This document shows positions 30,401-38,981 of a stretch of DNA of 64,000 nucleotides, piece by piece. The translations under genes were made by a program, and so were the position numbers. This stretch comes from a bacterium (GTDB taxonomy: Bacteria; Bacteroidota; Ignavibacteria; Kapaibacteriales; UBA7675). The stretch covers positions 8,121-72,120 of the forward strand of contig JAUIKM010000017.1 of the NCBI GenBank assembly GCA_030430495.1, written 5' to 3'. Position 1 is the first letter of the stretch; every line of letters begins with the position of its first letter. The notes under the pieces are model-generated. The model searched no databases, was not told the origin of the DNA, and saw nothing but the letters and a program-made list of their open reading frames with translations.

Positions 30401-31758
30401 CCGGCGGCGTGGGCGGGTATCCCCTGTCCAAAATTGCGGCAGCCGATACTTCGGGCCGGCTGTTCATGGGCGGCGGCGGCGGAGCGGGACACGTGAACCA
30501 CACCAACGGTTCCGGCGGTGCGCGCGGCGGCGGCATCGTGTACATCCGCGCGGGCACGCTGCGCAGCACGCCCAATTCGCTGATAACGGCGCGCGGACAG
30601 CACGCGGCAAACGACACTTCGACGCTCAATCCCGACGGATGCGGCGGCGGCGGAGCAGGCGGAACGATTATGCTGCACGTGGACCAGATTCTGGAGGATG
30701 TCGAGCTCGACGTACGCGGCGGCAACGGCGGCACGCGCCTCGCCGAGCAGCAGACAACATCCGGTCCCGGCGGCGGCGGCGGCGGCGGTCTTGTTCTCCT
30801 GTCGCTGAACATCGAAACCAATGACTTCGAAATTTTCACACATACGGCCGGCGGCGCCGCGGGCGAATTGGGTCTGGCCTCCGGCAACAACTACGGCGCG
30901 GCGCCGGGACTGCACGGCGCGATCATCGATTCGCTGAAAGGACGCGGCGTCTACTCCCAGGCAATCTTCGGTCCCTGCCGCGGGTGTTATCCGGTGCGCA
31001 AGGCGACGACGGGAGGCTGCGGCAGCGTCGAGTTCGACGTAGCCGACGCCAATTTTGAGATTGTCAGCATCGAACTGGACGCCGACAGCGACAATGTGTC
31101 GATGGAGACCGAGGAGCTGAATTCGCTGCGCGTCGGCGTGGAAATCGAACTGGACGATCCGCTTCGCGCGGGCAATTATGTGGTCTATGGGCGCAACAGC
31201 AACGGCAAAGAGTCGATTTTCCGCGGCACGATCCTGCCGGAGCCTCCTATGCCGGAGTTGAGTTTCCGCAACGACTCGCTCTTCATCAATTCGAATATTT
31301 TGCCGCGGATCGACTCGATACAGTGGTACAGCGAGGAGCGCGGCGCTTTGATTCAACGCACGGCGGATCGCCTGCCGCTGGTCGATTCCGGCGTGTACTG
31401 GGTGCAGGTCTGGAACGAGGAAGGGTGCTCGGCATTTTCGGAGCGCTACAACTTCAATGCAATCAGCAGTGTGATGTTCCCGCCGCTGGAGCGGCCGCAG
31501 ATCGAACTGAATCTCTTTCCGAATCCGGCGGACAACCTGTTGACAATTCGTTGTCGCACGCGTTTGCTGCAAGGCCTGGAAGTGCAGATAAGCGACGTAT
31601 TCGGGCGCATCGTCTGGCGACGCGCGCTGCCGGACTACCAATCGCTGCATGAAATTGAAGTGGATCTGGACCGTCTGGCGTTGGCGCCCGGGGGATATTC
31701 GGCCGGCATTGTAGCACCCGGCTACAGGACATCTCAGATGTTTATTAAACAACCCTGA
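27451..31758 (+). CDS. Giant secreted T9SS cargo protein (adhesin-like). N-terminal beta-rich domain, at least 3 tandem Cys-framed Ig-like repeats, a Gly-rich beta-solenoid-like segment, and a C-terminal T9SS sorting domain
   Basis: Signal-like N-terminus (…LLLCGLILLFAIANMRAQ). Repeats (I/V)C(R/P/E)G(D/E/S)(T/S)V.L…(F/V/Y)(R/E)W.PA(E/D)…GC…DSV.V.V at 28980-29680. Gly-rich region 30250-30850. C-terminal …ELNLFPNPADNLLTI…VQISDVFGRIVWRR… matches the T9SS CTD pattern. The start at ATG 27451 is uncertain; an upstream in-frame start at 27373 is possible. Confidence 0.8.
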   Translation: MFIQAARILRTSDTYHHGPLVARALLLCGLILLFAIANMRAQDERDYLGREFFLCFPPNIHKAGGQSPPDDSLYIYISSDRPTTGRIEFSDREGNRSERRFSIEDPNLAHVESFAYSDYELQGYNLNGLLDNPDSQNETVSRQVFYVVADRDISVYGLNHAGASSDGFMALPADVLDGYYVIPAFPSDTRILDNRPAPSSTPSQFAVVALNDNTDILIQTNAPVPVANKEPIQITLQRGQCYLVQSRISVSEPSNDLTGSVVISDKPLAVFAGHQRSQVPGGDTRNAATQDHIIQQVAPVSTWGKQFSLAPLIVTGDDDGVGNDIVQIVAAQAQTRIYINGAEKALLDAGQSLLEPISGPLFISSDEPIHVTHLRHSSSLTGAGTPRLGDPFALSITPKEQWLDKYTFSTAQAFSNLNREDRLVFEYQYLMITLPTGTPIDLALDGVAVSDENFTVAPFGDFLYANIPVTTGRHVLQSTVPFGAHVYGFGEADSYAFPAGAAHTPINLECSADAGPDITVCRGDTVMLNAVSIGFDEPTFRWSPAEDLISSPFAKQLRLRAMRTTWYKLLVRDERGCRAEDSVLVTVTEKPQINAGSDHVICPGESVQLGFEDPGVPITRVRWTPADKVDDPASPAPIATPGQATGFIVEVETASGCVVFDTVVVNVRERPVVDAGPDVDICEGSSAELTATGGVSYEWRPADGLNRTNIFNPIAKPEKSTKYFVRVTDAFGCVNEDSVTVFVSECRPCESISGIINEYASVVALDYPTRRVRVVDGSVFAPGDLAMIVQMQGAEINVEQAESYGRIENPMSAGAYELVRIDSISLNLLSLNRPIHNQYDPAGKVQVVKIPEYDHVTVVDRVFARPWDGNVGGVVAMAANCLIVEDTISVDTSGFRGGRYEVQSGCRFEPNTTAWVSDQLCRFSYRGEGTASYGVPPNVYGRGAPANGGGGGNNHNAGGGGGGNGGAGGKGGNGFRNFANWDQAGGVGGYPLSKIAAADTSGRLFMGGGGGAGHVNHTNGSGGARGGGIVYIRAGTLRSTPNSLITARGQHAANDTSTLNPDGCGGGGAGGTIMLHVDQILEDVELDVRGGNGGTRLAEQQTTSGPGGGGGGGLVLLSLNIETNDFEIFTHTAGGAAGELGLASGNNYGAAPGLHGAIIDSLKGRGVYSQAIFGPCRGCYPVRKATTGGCGSVEFDVADANFEIVSIELDADSDNVSMETEELNSLRVGVEIELDDPLRAGNYVVYGRNSNGKESIFRGTILPEPPMPELSFRNDSLFINSNILPRIDSIQWYSEERGALIQRTADRLPLVDSGVYWVQVWNEEGCSAFSERYNFNAISSVMFPPLERPQIELNLFPNPADNLLTIRCRTRLLQGLEVQISDVFGRIVWRRALPDYQSLHEIEVDLDRLALAPGGYSAGIVAPGYRTSQMFIKQP

Positions 31759-31832
31759 GGTTAAACACAGCGGGACCGGCGCGACATTTCCGGTTCAACA
31801 ACAAACAAAAGCGACAGGCAAAGGACGAGAGC

Positions 31833-33002
31833 ATGAACGAATTGATTCAATCCGCCAAAGAATTGGAACAGGACCTTATCCGCGACCGTCGCCACCTGCA
31901 CCAGAACCCCGAGCTGTCTTTTGTTGAACACGAAACCGCTGCATATATCCGCGAGCGTTTAACGGCAATGGACATTCCATTCCGCGCGCTGGCCGACACT
32001 GGGACGGTGGCGCACATCGGGAGCGGCGACCGTTGCGTAGCCCTGCGCGCGGATATTGACGCCCTGCCGATCCACGAAGAAAGCGGCGTTGAATTTGCTT
32101 CACGGCGCGACGGCGTCATGCACGCCTGCGGCCACGACGCCCACACGGCCATGCTGCTGGCGGCCGCGCGAATGTTAAAAGATCGCGAGAGCAGCCTGGG
32201 CGGCGTTGTTAAACTCATTTTCCAACCGGGAGAAGAAAAACTCCCCGGCGGCGCGAGCATCATGATCCGGGAAGGTGCACTGCTTGACCCGGTTCCGGAA
32301 GTGATTTTTGGCCAGCACGTTTATCCCGATGCGCCTGCGGGACAACTGGGTTTTGTACCGGGCGCCATGATGGCCGCCGCAGACGAATTATACTGGACAA
32401 TTCACGGTCGCGGCGGACACGCGGCACAGCCGCACCAGACCGTCGACCCGATCGTAATTGCCGCCAACCTGATTAACCAGTTGCAGAGCATTGTCAGCCG
32501 CACGCTGAACCCATTTGATTCCGGGGTGTTAAGCGTCACGTCCATCCACGCGGGTCATGCCAACAACGTTATTCCCGACGCGGTTGAAATGCTGGGCACT
32601 CTGCGCTCGCTCAACCTGGAATGGCGCGAATCGGCGATTAACAAAATTGAGCAGTTTTCGCGGACTCTGGCGGAGGCCGCCGGCGGAAGTTGCGACGTAC
32701 GGGTCGTGCGCGGCTATCCGCCGCTGTTTAACAACGACGAGGCGACTGCTTTTGCACGCGGCGCGGCACTGAATCTTGTTGAAAAAAGCCACGTATTCGA
32801 CTTCGAACCCAAAATGTGGGGCGAAGATTTTGCGTACTACGCCCAGGCAATTCCGGCCTGTTTCTGGATGCTGGGTGTTCGTGCACACGACCGCGATTCC
32901 GCACCGGGACTACACAACTCCCATTTTGTCATAGAGGAATCCGCGTTGCACCGAGGCGCCGCCATGATGTCGGCGGCCGCAATCCAACGCCTCCGTTCCT
33001 GA
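31833..33002 (+). CDS. M20-family amidohydrolase (N-acyl-L-amino-acid amidohydrolase/hippurate hydrolase-like)
   Basis: …LHQNPELSFVEHETAAYI… and the metal-binding HACGHDAHTAMLLAAA; 389 aa. Confidence 0.88.
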   Translation: MNELIQSAKELEQDLIRDRRHLHQNPELSFVEHETAAYIRERLTAMDIPFRALADTGTVAHIGSGDRCVALRADIDALPIHEESGVEFASRRDGVMHACGHDAHTAMLLAAARMLKDRESSLGGVVKLIFQPGEEKLPGGASIMIREGALLDPVPEVIFGQHVYPDAPAGQLGFVPGAMMAAADELYWTIHGRGGHAAQPHQTVDPIVIAANLINQLQSIVSRTLNPFDSGVLSVTSIHAGHANNVIPDAVEMLGTLRSLNLEWRESAINKIEQFSRTLAEAAGGSCDVRVVRGYPPLFNNDEATAFARGAALNLVEKSHVFDFEPKMWGEDFAYYAQAIPACFWMLGVRAHDRDSAPGLHNSHFVIEESALHRGAAMMSAAAIQRLRS

Positions 33003-33015
33003 GCGAGGTGCGATT

Positions 33016-33450
33016 ATGTTTGTTTTTTTTCCTGTTCCGCAGCAGAAAAAGGATGTCGACGCCGGCAAGCCACTCGTCATCTTCGACGGCGACTGCGCCA
33101 TGTGCAACTGGGCGGTTAAAACGATCCTTAAACTGGAACGCCGCCCAGTTATGGAGTTTGCCCCGATCAACGGCGAGACGTTCAAGAGGGTTATCCCGAA
33201 AGGTCTGCATGGCCGCGAGACGATGATGCTGCAGATGGACGGCATGACCTTGATTGAGTCGGATGCTGTCTTGCAAATTGCACGTCTGCTCGGCGGGCCC
33301 TGGAGCCTGGCCGTGGTATTTTTTCTGGTGCCGAAGTGGATCCGCAATTCGATTTACAAGTGGGTAGCGCGCAATCGCTACACATTTTTCGGCCGCAATG
33401 AATCGTGTTACCTGCCGCCGGCTGAGGTGCGCGAGCGCTTTCTACCGTAA
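33016..33450 (+). CDS. Thiol-disulfide oxidoreductase, DCC family (DUF393)
   Basis: Signature …LVIFDGDCAMCNWAVKTILKL…, 144 aa. Confidence 0.85.
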   Translation: MFVFFPVPQQKKDVDAGKPLVIFDGDCAMCNWAVKTILKLERRPVMEFAPINGETFKRVIPKGLHGRETMMLQMDGMTLIESDAVLQIARLLGGPWSLAVVFFLVPKWIRNSIYKWVARNRYTFFGRNESCYLPPAEVRERFLP

Positions 33451-33483
33451 AGGCTGCGGTTATCCTGCCATTGTCACATTTAT

Positions 33484-33522
33484 CCCCGTCGGTTGACCAG
33501 ACCGTCGGGGATTGTTGTTTTC
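33484..33522 (+). terminator. Candidate intrinsic terminator after the DCC gene
   Basis: CCCCGTCGG-TTGACCAGA-CCGTCGGGG (9-bp stem, one mismatch) followed by ATTGTTGTTTTCC. Confidence 0.45.
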
Positions 33523-33973
33523 CGGCATTTGGAATGCATCATTTTCAACGTCGACGTTCCGTTTAACCGTATATACAGCCCGGTCAACCACGCCGGATGC
33601 TCCGTTCACCTTTTTCCGCTGGTGCGGGCATGATTCTCTTGTTAATCTTGCAGGTGAGAGCGCGCAGCATGCGGCGCGCGAATCCACGCGGTGTGGCACT
33701 CGAAAAAACTTGCACTGATGCAGGGTGGGAGGAGTGTAGTGTGATGCGTGGAGGTCCTGTCCGTGGCGGCGGCGGGGTGGCCCCCTGGATCAAGCCCGAA
33801 GTACGCCCTGACCGCAACCTCGCGCTTCAAATCCCCACTCGCGACTCCAAAACTGCCCACATGTCTTATACACCGGATCGCAATTCACGCCGCCGCTGCG
33901 CCGACAGTCTCAAATCTCCCAACCTCTCGGCTAGACACCTTCCGTGCGCAAAATCACTCGGCCGGAAGCCCCG

Positions 33974-35224
33974 TCACGCGCGCCGCAGCGTCAGCAGCGT
34001 CAGCTCCGGATTGATGCCTATGCGGATCGGAAGCGCCGTCGTGCCCAGACCGCGGTTAACATAGAGGTGCTGGTTGCCGTCGCGATACATGCCGATCCAC
34101 TGGCGATACACGATCTGCGCAAAACTGTACTCGCGGTCCAGCACGTGCAGGCCCACCTGACCGCCGTGAGTGTGCCCCGAAAGCATCAGGTCGACATTGG
34201 TTTGCCCGCGCACTTCCCTGTCCCAGAAGGTCGGATCGTGCGCCATCAGGATCGTCGGCAGGTCGTCCTCAAAACCCCGCAGCGCCGCGTTCAGGTCGGC
34301 AAAGTTCTGGCGCAGGCCGGAGTTGTCCGTTCCCGCCAGTTGCAATTGCCCGCCGTCGATGTTCAACACGCGGTTTTCGTTCACCAGCAGGTCCACGCCG
34401 CCGGCGCGAATGCCGCGCTTCAGCGCGCGGTGGTCGGCGTCCGACATGTAGTGGTCGTGGTTGCCCAGGCTGCCGTACACGCCCAGGTCCGCCTGCAATT
34501 TCTCAAATGCCGGGAAAATGTTTTTCAGCTCGCGCGGGTCGAAGTTGACCCAGTCGCCGGTGACGAGCAACAGGTCGGCTTTCTGCTCCATCACGAGTTC
34601 GACGATTTCGTGCACCGGGCCGCTCGTGGGAAAGGCTCCGGCGTGAATGTCCGACAGCTGACCGATGGTCAATCCCTCCAGCTGGCGCGGCAGGTTTTTG
34701 ATCGCCACGTCGTGGCGCATCACCTGAAAGTTGTGCACGGTGCGCAAAACGCCGTAGCCCGTCAGCAGAAACGGCGCGCCCGCCAGCGCCCAGCCGGTGT
34801 TGCCGACAAACTTGCGGCGCGTCAGGTCCGGTGCGGCGACTGCCGCGCTCCGTTCCTGCGCCGGCAGCACCCGCCGCACCAGTTTCACCGCCTGGCGGCC
34901 GGTCCAGCGCAGCACTCTCAGCACGTCGCGAATCAGTAAAACCAGCAGAATCGGGAACTTGGAAACGTACCAGACGGAGGAGAAAATCAGCCCCACGTTC
35001 ATCCAGAAACTCACCTGGCCATCCGTGCGGCGGAAGTACATGAGCGTCATCGTGAGAGGCAGCATAACCCAGGCGATGATCACGGGCGTCAGGCGCGTCC
35101 AGCCTGGCCAGTTGTTGTTGCGACTGTGCTGCGACCAGCGCCGCACAACATAGGCGTCGCTGCCCCCCAGCACCGTGACAAACACAAGAAAAACCACAAT
35201 TGTCTGAAGGAGATTCTGATCCAT
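33974..35224 (-). CDS. Membrane-anchored metallophosphoesterase (calcineurin-like; YkuE-like)
   Basis: 4 N-terminal TM helices, then …LTIGQLSDIHAG…LLLVTGDWVNF…GSLGNHDHY…GHTHGGQV…. Confidence 0.85.
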   Translation of the reverse strand: MDQNLLQTIVVFLVFVTVLGGSDAYVVRRWSQHSRNNNWPGWTRLTPVIIAWVMLPLTMTLMYFRRTDGQVSFWMNVGLIFSSVWYVSKFPILLVLLIRDVLRVLRWTGRQAVKLVRRVLPAQERSAAVAAPDLTRRKFVGNTGWALAGAPFLLTGYGVLRTVHNFQVMRHDVAIKNLPRQLEGLTIGQLSDIHAGAFPTSGPVHEIVELVMEQKADLLLVTGDWVNFDPRELKNIFPAFEKLQADLGVYGSLGNHDHYMSDADHRALKRGIRAGGVDLLVNENRVLNIDGGQLQLAGTDNSGLRQNFADLNAALRGFEDDLPTILMAHDPTFWDREVRGQTNVDLMLSGHTHGGQVGLHVLDREYSFAQIVYRQWIGMYRDGNQHLYVNRGLGTTALPIRIGINPELTLLTLRRA

Positions 35225-35477
35225 TTTTCCAGCTTTGACTTTTTCGTCCGTTTCAGCCCGGCGGTAGATATGGTCGTGTCGGGCGACAGTTCAATTCGAC
35301 AGTTCAATTCGATCGAGTATGTTGGAAAGCGGTCCGTGCTAAAGACTCGTTGCAGGCGCGCCTAGTGTTACCGCCATGCTTCCGGAAAGTTCGGCAGATC
35401 TTCGTATCTTTCGGGCCTGAAAAAGCCGTTATAGCCGACGTTCACGTCCGAATATCGACAGGAAAGGACCGAATCAT

Positions 35478-36680
35478 ATGTTTGAAACCATGCAGCCCGT
35501 TCTGGCCGAAGAACTGAACAACATCCGCGAAGCCGGCCTTTTCAAGTCCGAACGCATTATCACCAGCCCGCAGGGCCCGGAAATCAGCGTGGCAGGACGC
35601 GAACACCCGGTCCTGAACTTCTGCGCCAACAACTACCTCGGTCTTTCCTCCGACCGGCGCGTCATCGATGCCGCCAAGGCGGCGCTCGACTCACACGGCT
35701 TCGGCCTTTCCAGCGTGCGTTTCATCTGCGGCACGCAGGACATCCACCGCGAACTCGAACAAAAAATTGCCGCTTTCTGCGGCACGGACGATACGATCCT
35801 GTACGCGGCGTGTTTCGACGCCAACGGCGGCGTGTTTGAACCGCTGCTGGGACCGGACGACGCCATTATTTCCGACCAGCTGAACCACGCTTCGATCATC
35901 GACGGCGTGCGCCTCTGCAAAGCCAAACGCTACCGCTACACCTCGACCGATATGGCCGAACTGGAGCAGTGCCTTCAACAGGCCGACGCCGACGGCGCCA
36001 AACAGAAAATCATCGCCACCGATGCGGTGTTCTCCATGGACGGCACAATCGCACCGCTGGATCGCATCTGTGACCTGGCCGACAAATACAAGGCGCTCGT
36101 CATGGTCGACGAATGCCACTCGATGGGTTTCATGGGTAAAAACGGTCGCGGCGTCATTGAACACTGCGACGTCCTCGGCCGCGTGGACATCATCACCGGC
36201 ACGCTGGGCAAAGCCCTCGGCGGCGGAATCGGCGGATTTACGACCGGTCGCAAGGAAATCATCGACATGCTGCGCCAGCGCTCGCGCCCTTATCTCTTCA
36301 GCAACACGCTGCCGCCGATGGTCGTCGGCGCGTCAATCGCCATTTTCGACCTGCTCTCCAGCACGACGGAACTGCGCGACCGCCTGGAAGACAACACAAA
36401 ATATTTCCGCGAGAAAATGTCGGGCGCGGGTTTTGACATCAAGGACGGCTCCCATCCCATCGTGCCTATCATGCTCTACGACGCCCCGCTGGCCCAGCGT
36501 TTTGCCGATGAACTGCTGAACGAAAACATCTACGTCATCGGCTTTTTCTATCCGGTGGTGCCCAAGGGGCAGGCCCGCATCCGCGTCCAGATTTCCGCGG
36601 CGCACACACGCGAGCACCTGGACCGCGCCATTGACGCGTTCGTAAAAATTGGACGCAAACTCAAGGTTCTGAACTCCTGA
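35478..36680 (+). CDS. kbl: Glycine C-acetyltransferase (2-amino-3-ketobutyrate CoA ligase)
   Basis: Near-collinear match to the Kbl family: FCANNYLGLS, SVRFICGTQD, YAACFDANGGVFE, ISDQLNHASIIDGVRLCKAKRYRY, TLGKALGG (PLP lysine), GFFYPVVPKGQARIRVQISAAHT. Confidence 0.93.
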   Translation: MFETMQPVLAEELNNIREAGLFKSERIITSPQGPEISVAGREHPVLNFCANNYLGLSSDRRVIDAAKAALDSHGFGLSSVRFICGTQDIHRELEQKIAAFCGTDDTILYAACFDANGGVFEPLLGPDDAIISDQLNHASIIDGVRLCKAKRYRYTSTDMAELEQCLQQADADGAKQKIIATDAVFSMDGTIAPLDRICDLADKYKALVMVDECHSMGFMGKNGRGVIEHCDVLGRVDIITGTLGKALGGGIGGFTTGRKEIIDMLRQRSRPYLFSNTLPPMVVGASIAIFDLLSSTTELRDRLEDNTKYFREKMSGAGFDIKDGSHPIVPIMLYDAPLAQRFADELLNENIYVIGFFYPVVPKGQARIRVQISAAHTREHLDRAIDAFVKIGRKLKVLNS

Positions 36681-36702
36681 GGAAGGCAGCCGGACGGTAT
36701 CC

Positions 36703-38976
36703 ATGGCGGACTCCAAACCTACCCTGTTTCAAAAACTGCGCGAATCCGAGCTGAGAAGCGAACGCGTCCAAGGCGGAATTCGCCATGCTCCCTGGCTGCG
36801 GCTGGTAATTATTGCCGCCACCGTTCTGGTTTGCATGCTCAGCTTTCCACTCGTGACCGAATACAAATTTTCGGTCGCCGTCGGATCCGAATGGTCGCGT
36901 GACACCATCAAGGCCGAACGCGCCTTCACAATCTTCAAACCCGAGGATCAGTACCAGGCCGAACTGCAGCAGGCCCGCGACAGCACCCGCCCGGTTTTTA
37001 CCATTCGCGAAGACGTTCCTGAACGGGCGCACCGCTTCCTTGATGCTTTCCAACAGCCTTTTTTGTTTACCCCCGAGTTGTCAGCCGACACGCTCGAGCA
37101 GATTTCAGTCCTTTCGCGGTCGGCGATCGACCGCCTTATGGAGCTGACGCTTGCGGAGCGGCGCGACGTTCTCAATCGCGTAGCGCGCAAGCTGAACGAG
37201 TTCCACAACCGCATTTACGACTCCGGCCTGATCGACCGCGAAACCGGCGAGATTGCCACGCGCCAGATTGCGATCCAGGTGAATGCCGTCACGGAAAAAC
37301 TGGAGTTTACTTCATCGCTGATCGACTTTACGGAGTACGGCCGGCGCATGGAAAAACTCAACAGCGAGCTCTCGCCCATCGAACAGATGGTGGCCAACGA
37401 CCTGACGCCGCAGCTGATGCGCCCCAACCTGATCTACTCCCCGGAAATCACGCGTCAGAATCGCTACTTCGCCGAACAATCGGTGCTCAAATCCACCGGC
37501 ATTGTCGACGCCGGCGAAGTCATTGTGGCGCCCGGTCAGGTTGTCACGCACGATATTCTGGCGCGGCTGACGGCGATGACGGCGCGCGAGGGCGAACGCA
37601 GCTACTGGCAGATCCTGCTGGGCAATCTGGTGCACGTGCTGCTCATTTTCTCGATGCTGCTGCTGTTTTTGAACCGCATCCGCCCGCGCATTTTTTCCGA
37701 CAACTACCAGTTCCTTGGACTGTGTTGTTGTCTGATCCTGATCTCGGTACTGGCGCGCATCAGCGTGGTGGAATTCTCACAGGTGCCGGCGGAGTTCCTG
37801 ATCGTCGTACCGGCCTGCTCCATGCTCGTGGCAATTCTCTACGATTCAAGGACGGCGTTCTATACGACCATTACCATGACGCTGCTGCTGGCCGGCACGC
37901 GCGGCAACGACTACGAGACGGCCCTGGTGGTGCTTATCGGCAGCACCTATGCCGCCTATACCGTGCGCGATCTGCGCAGCCGCACGCAGGTGTTCAAAGC
38001 CATGGCGTCGATTTTTATCGGCTACGGCCTGGCGATTACCGCCATCGGCATGCAGCACTCCACGCCGCTCAGCCTGATCCTCGAAAAAATGGCATATGCG
38101 ACGATCAACGCCATTTTCTCACCGGTTTTAACGCTGGGCCTGCTGTTTGTCATCGAGCGCATTTTCAATATTGCCTCGGATCTGCGCCTGCTCGAATTCG
38201 ACAACCAGAACCACCCGCTGCTGGTGCAGCTGGCGGATCGGGCGCCGGGCACCTACCAGCACACGCGTACGGTGGCCCATCTGGCCGAAAGCGCGGCCCG
38301 CGCCGTGGATGCAAATCCGATCCTGGCCCGCGTCGGCACCTATTTCCACGACATCGGCAAACTGGCCAAGTCCGAGTACTTTGTGGAAAATCAGATCGGC
38401 ATCAACAACAAACACGACCGCCTGACGCCGCAGAAATCGGCCAATATCATCAAGGATCACGTCAAGGCCGGAATGGAAATGGCGCGCGAACACCGGCTGC
38501 CGCGCCGCATCCTTGAATTTATCCCGATGCACCACGGCACCATGCTGATCAAACACTTCTACGCCAAGGCGGTGGAAGAAGCCCAGGCCAAAGGGCAAAC
38601 CGTCAACGAGGAAAATTTCCGCTATCCCGGTCCGCTGCCCAACAGCAAAGAAACCGGCATCGTCATGCTGGCCGACACGGTCGAAGCGCTCTCGCGCACG
38701 CTCGACGGCAGCCGCGAAGAGCTGTCGCGCGCCATCGATAAAATCATCAAGGAACGCCTGCTGGACGGCCAGCTCGACAAGAGCGACCTGTCGCTGCGCG
38801 ACCTGAACAAAATCAAGGACAGTTTTGTGCGCAATCTGGTCGGCATGTCCCACCAGCGCATCAAATACAAAACGCTGCCGGGCGAAGAAGACGACGATGC
38901 GCCTCCGGCGACCGCCGCCGGCAAATCCGCCGAAGGCGGCAAGCCGTCCACGTCCGCACCGCAAACCGGAGCCTGA
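36703..38976 (+). CDS. 7TM receptor with intracellular HD hydrolase (PgpH/YqfF-like HDIG phosphohydrolase)
   Basis: N-terminal TM plus extracellular domain, a 7TM block, and an HDIG domain …GTYQHTRTVAHLAESAAR…GTYFHDIGKL…HH…. Lies 22 bp after kbl. Confidence 0.88.
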   Translation: MADSKPTLFQKLRESELRSERVQGGIRHAPWLRLVIIAATVLVCMLSFPLVTEYKFSVAVGSEWSRDTIKAERAFTIFKPEDQYQAELQQARDSTRPVFTIREDVPERAHRFLDAFQQPFLFTPELSADTLEQISVLSRSAIDRLMELTLAERRDVLNRVARKLNEFHNRIYDSGLIDRETGEIATRQIAIQVNAVTEKLEFTSSLIDFTEYGRRMEKLNSELSPIEQMVANDLTPQLMRPNLIYSPEITRQNRYFAEQSVLKSTGIVDAGEVIVAPGQVVTHDILARLTAMTAREGERSYWQILLGNLVHVLLIFSMLLLFLNRIRPRIFSDNYQFLGLCCCLILISVLARISVVEFSQVPAEFLIVVPACSMLVAILYDSRTAFYTTITMTLLLAGTRGNDYETALVVLIGSTYAAYTVRDLRSRTQVFKAMASIFIGYGLAITAIGMQHSTPLSLILEKMAYATINAIFSPVLTLGLLFVIERIFNIASDLRLLEFDNQNHPLLVQLADRAPGTYQHTRTVAHLAESAARAVDANPILARVGTYFHDIGKLAKSEYFVENQIGINNKHDRLTPQKSANIIKDHVKAGMEMAREHRLPRRILEFIPMHHGTMLIKHFYAKAVEEAQAKGQTVNEENFRYPGPLPNSKETGIVMLADTVEALSRTLDGSREELSRAIDKIIKERLLDGQLDKSDLSLRDLNKIKDSFVRNLVGMSHQRIKYKTLPGEEDDDAPPATAAGKSAEGGKPSTSAPQTGA

Positions 38977-38981
38977 CGAAA

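Noticed and set aside
28930-31752. Two long − strand ORFs (409 and 530 aa)
   Set aside because: Antisense to the T9SS cargo gene. They arise from GGC/GCC-rich DNA that encodes the Gly-rich region, and their translations are Arg/Ala/Pro low complexity.
33597-34064. 155-aa ORF (+) in the gap after the DCC gene
   Set aside because: Arg/Gly/Pro low complexity. The 3' half overlaps the convergent metallophosphoesterase gene.
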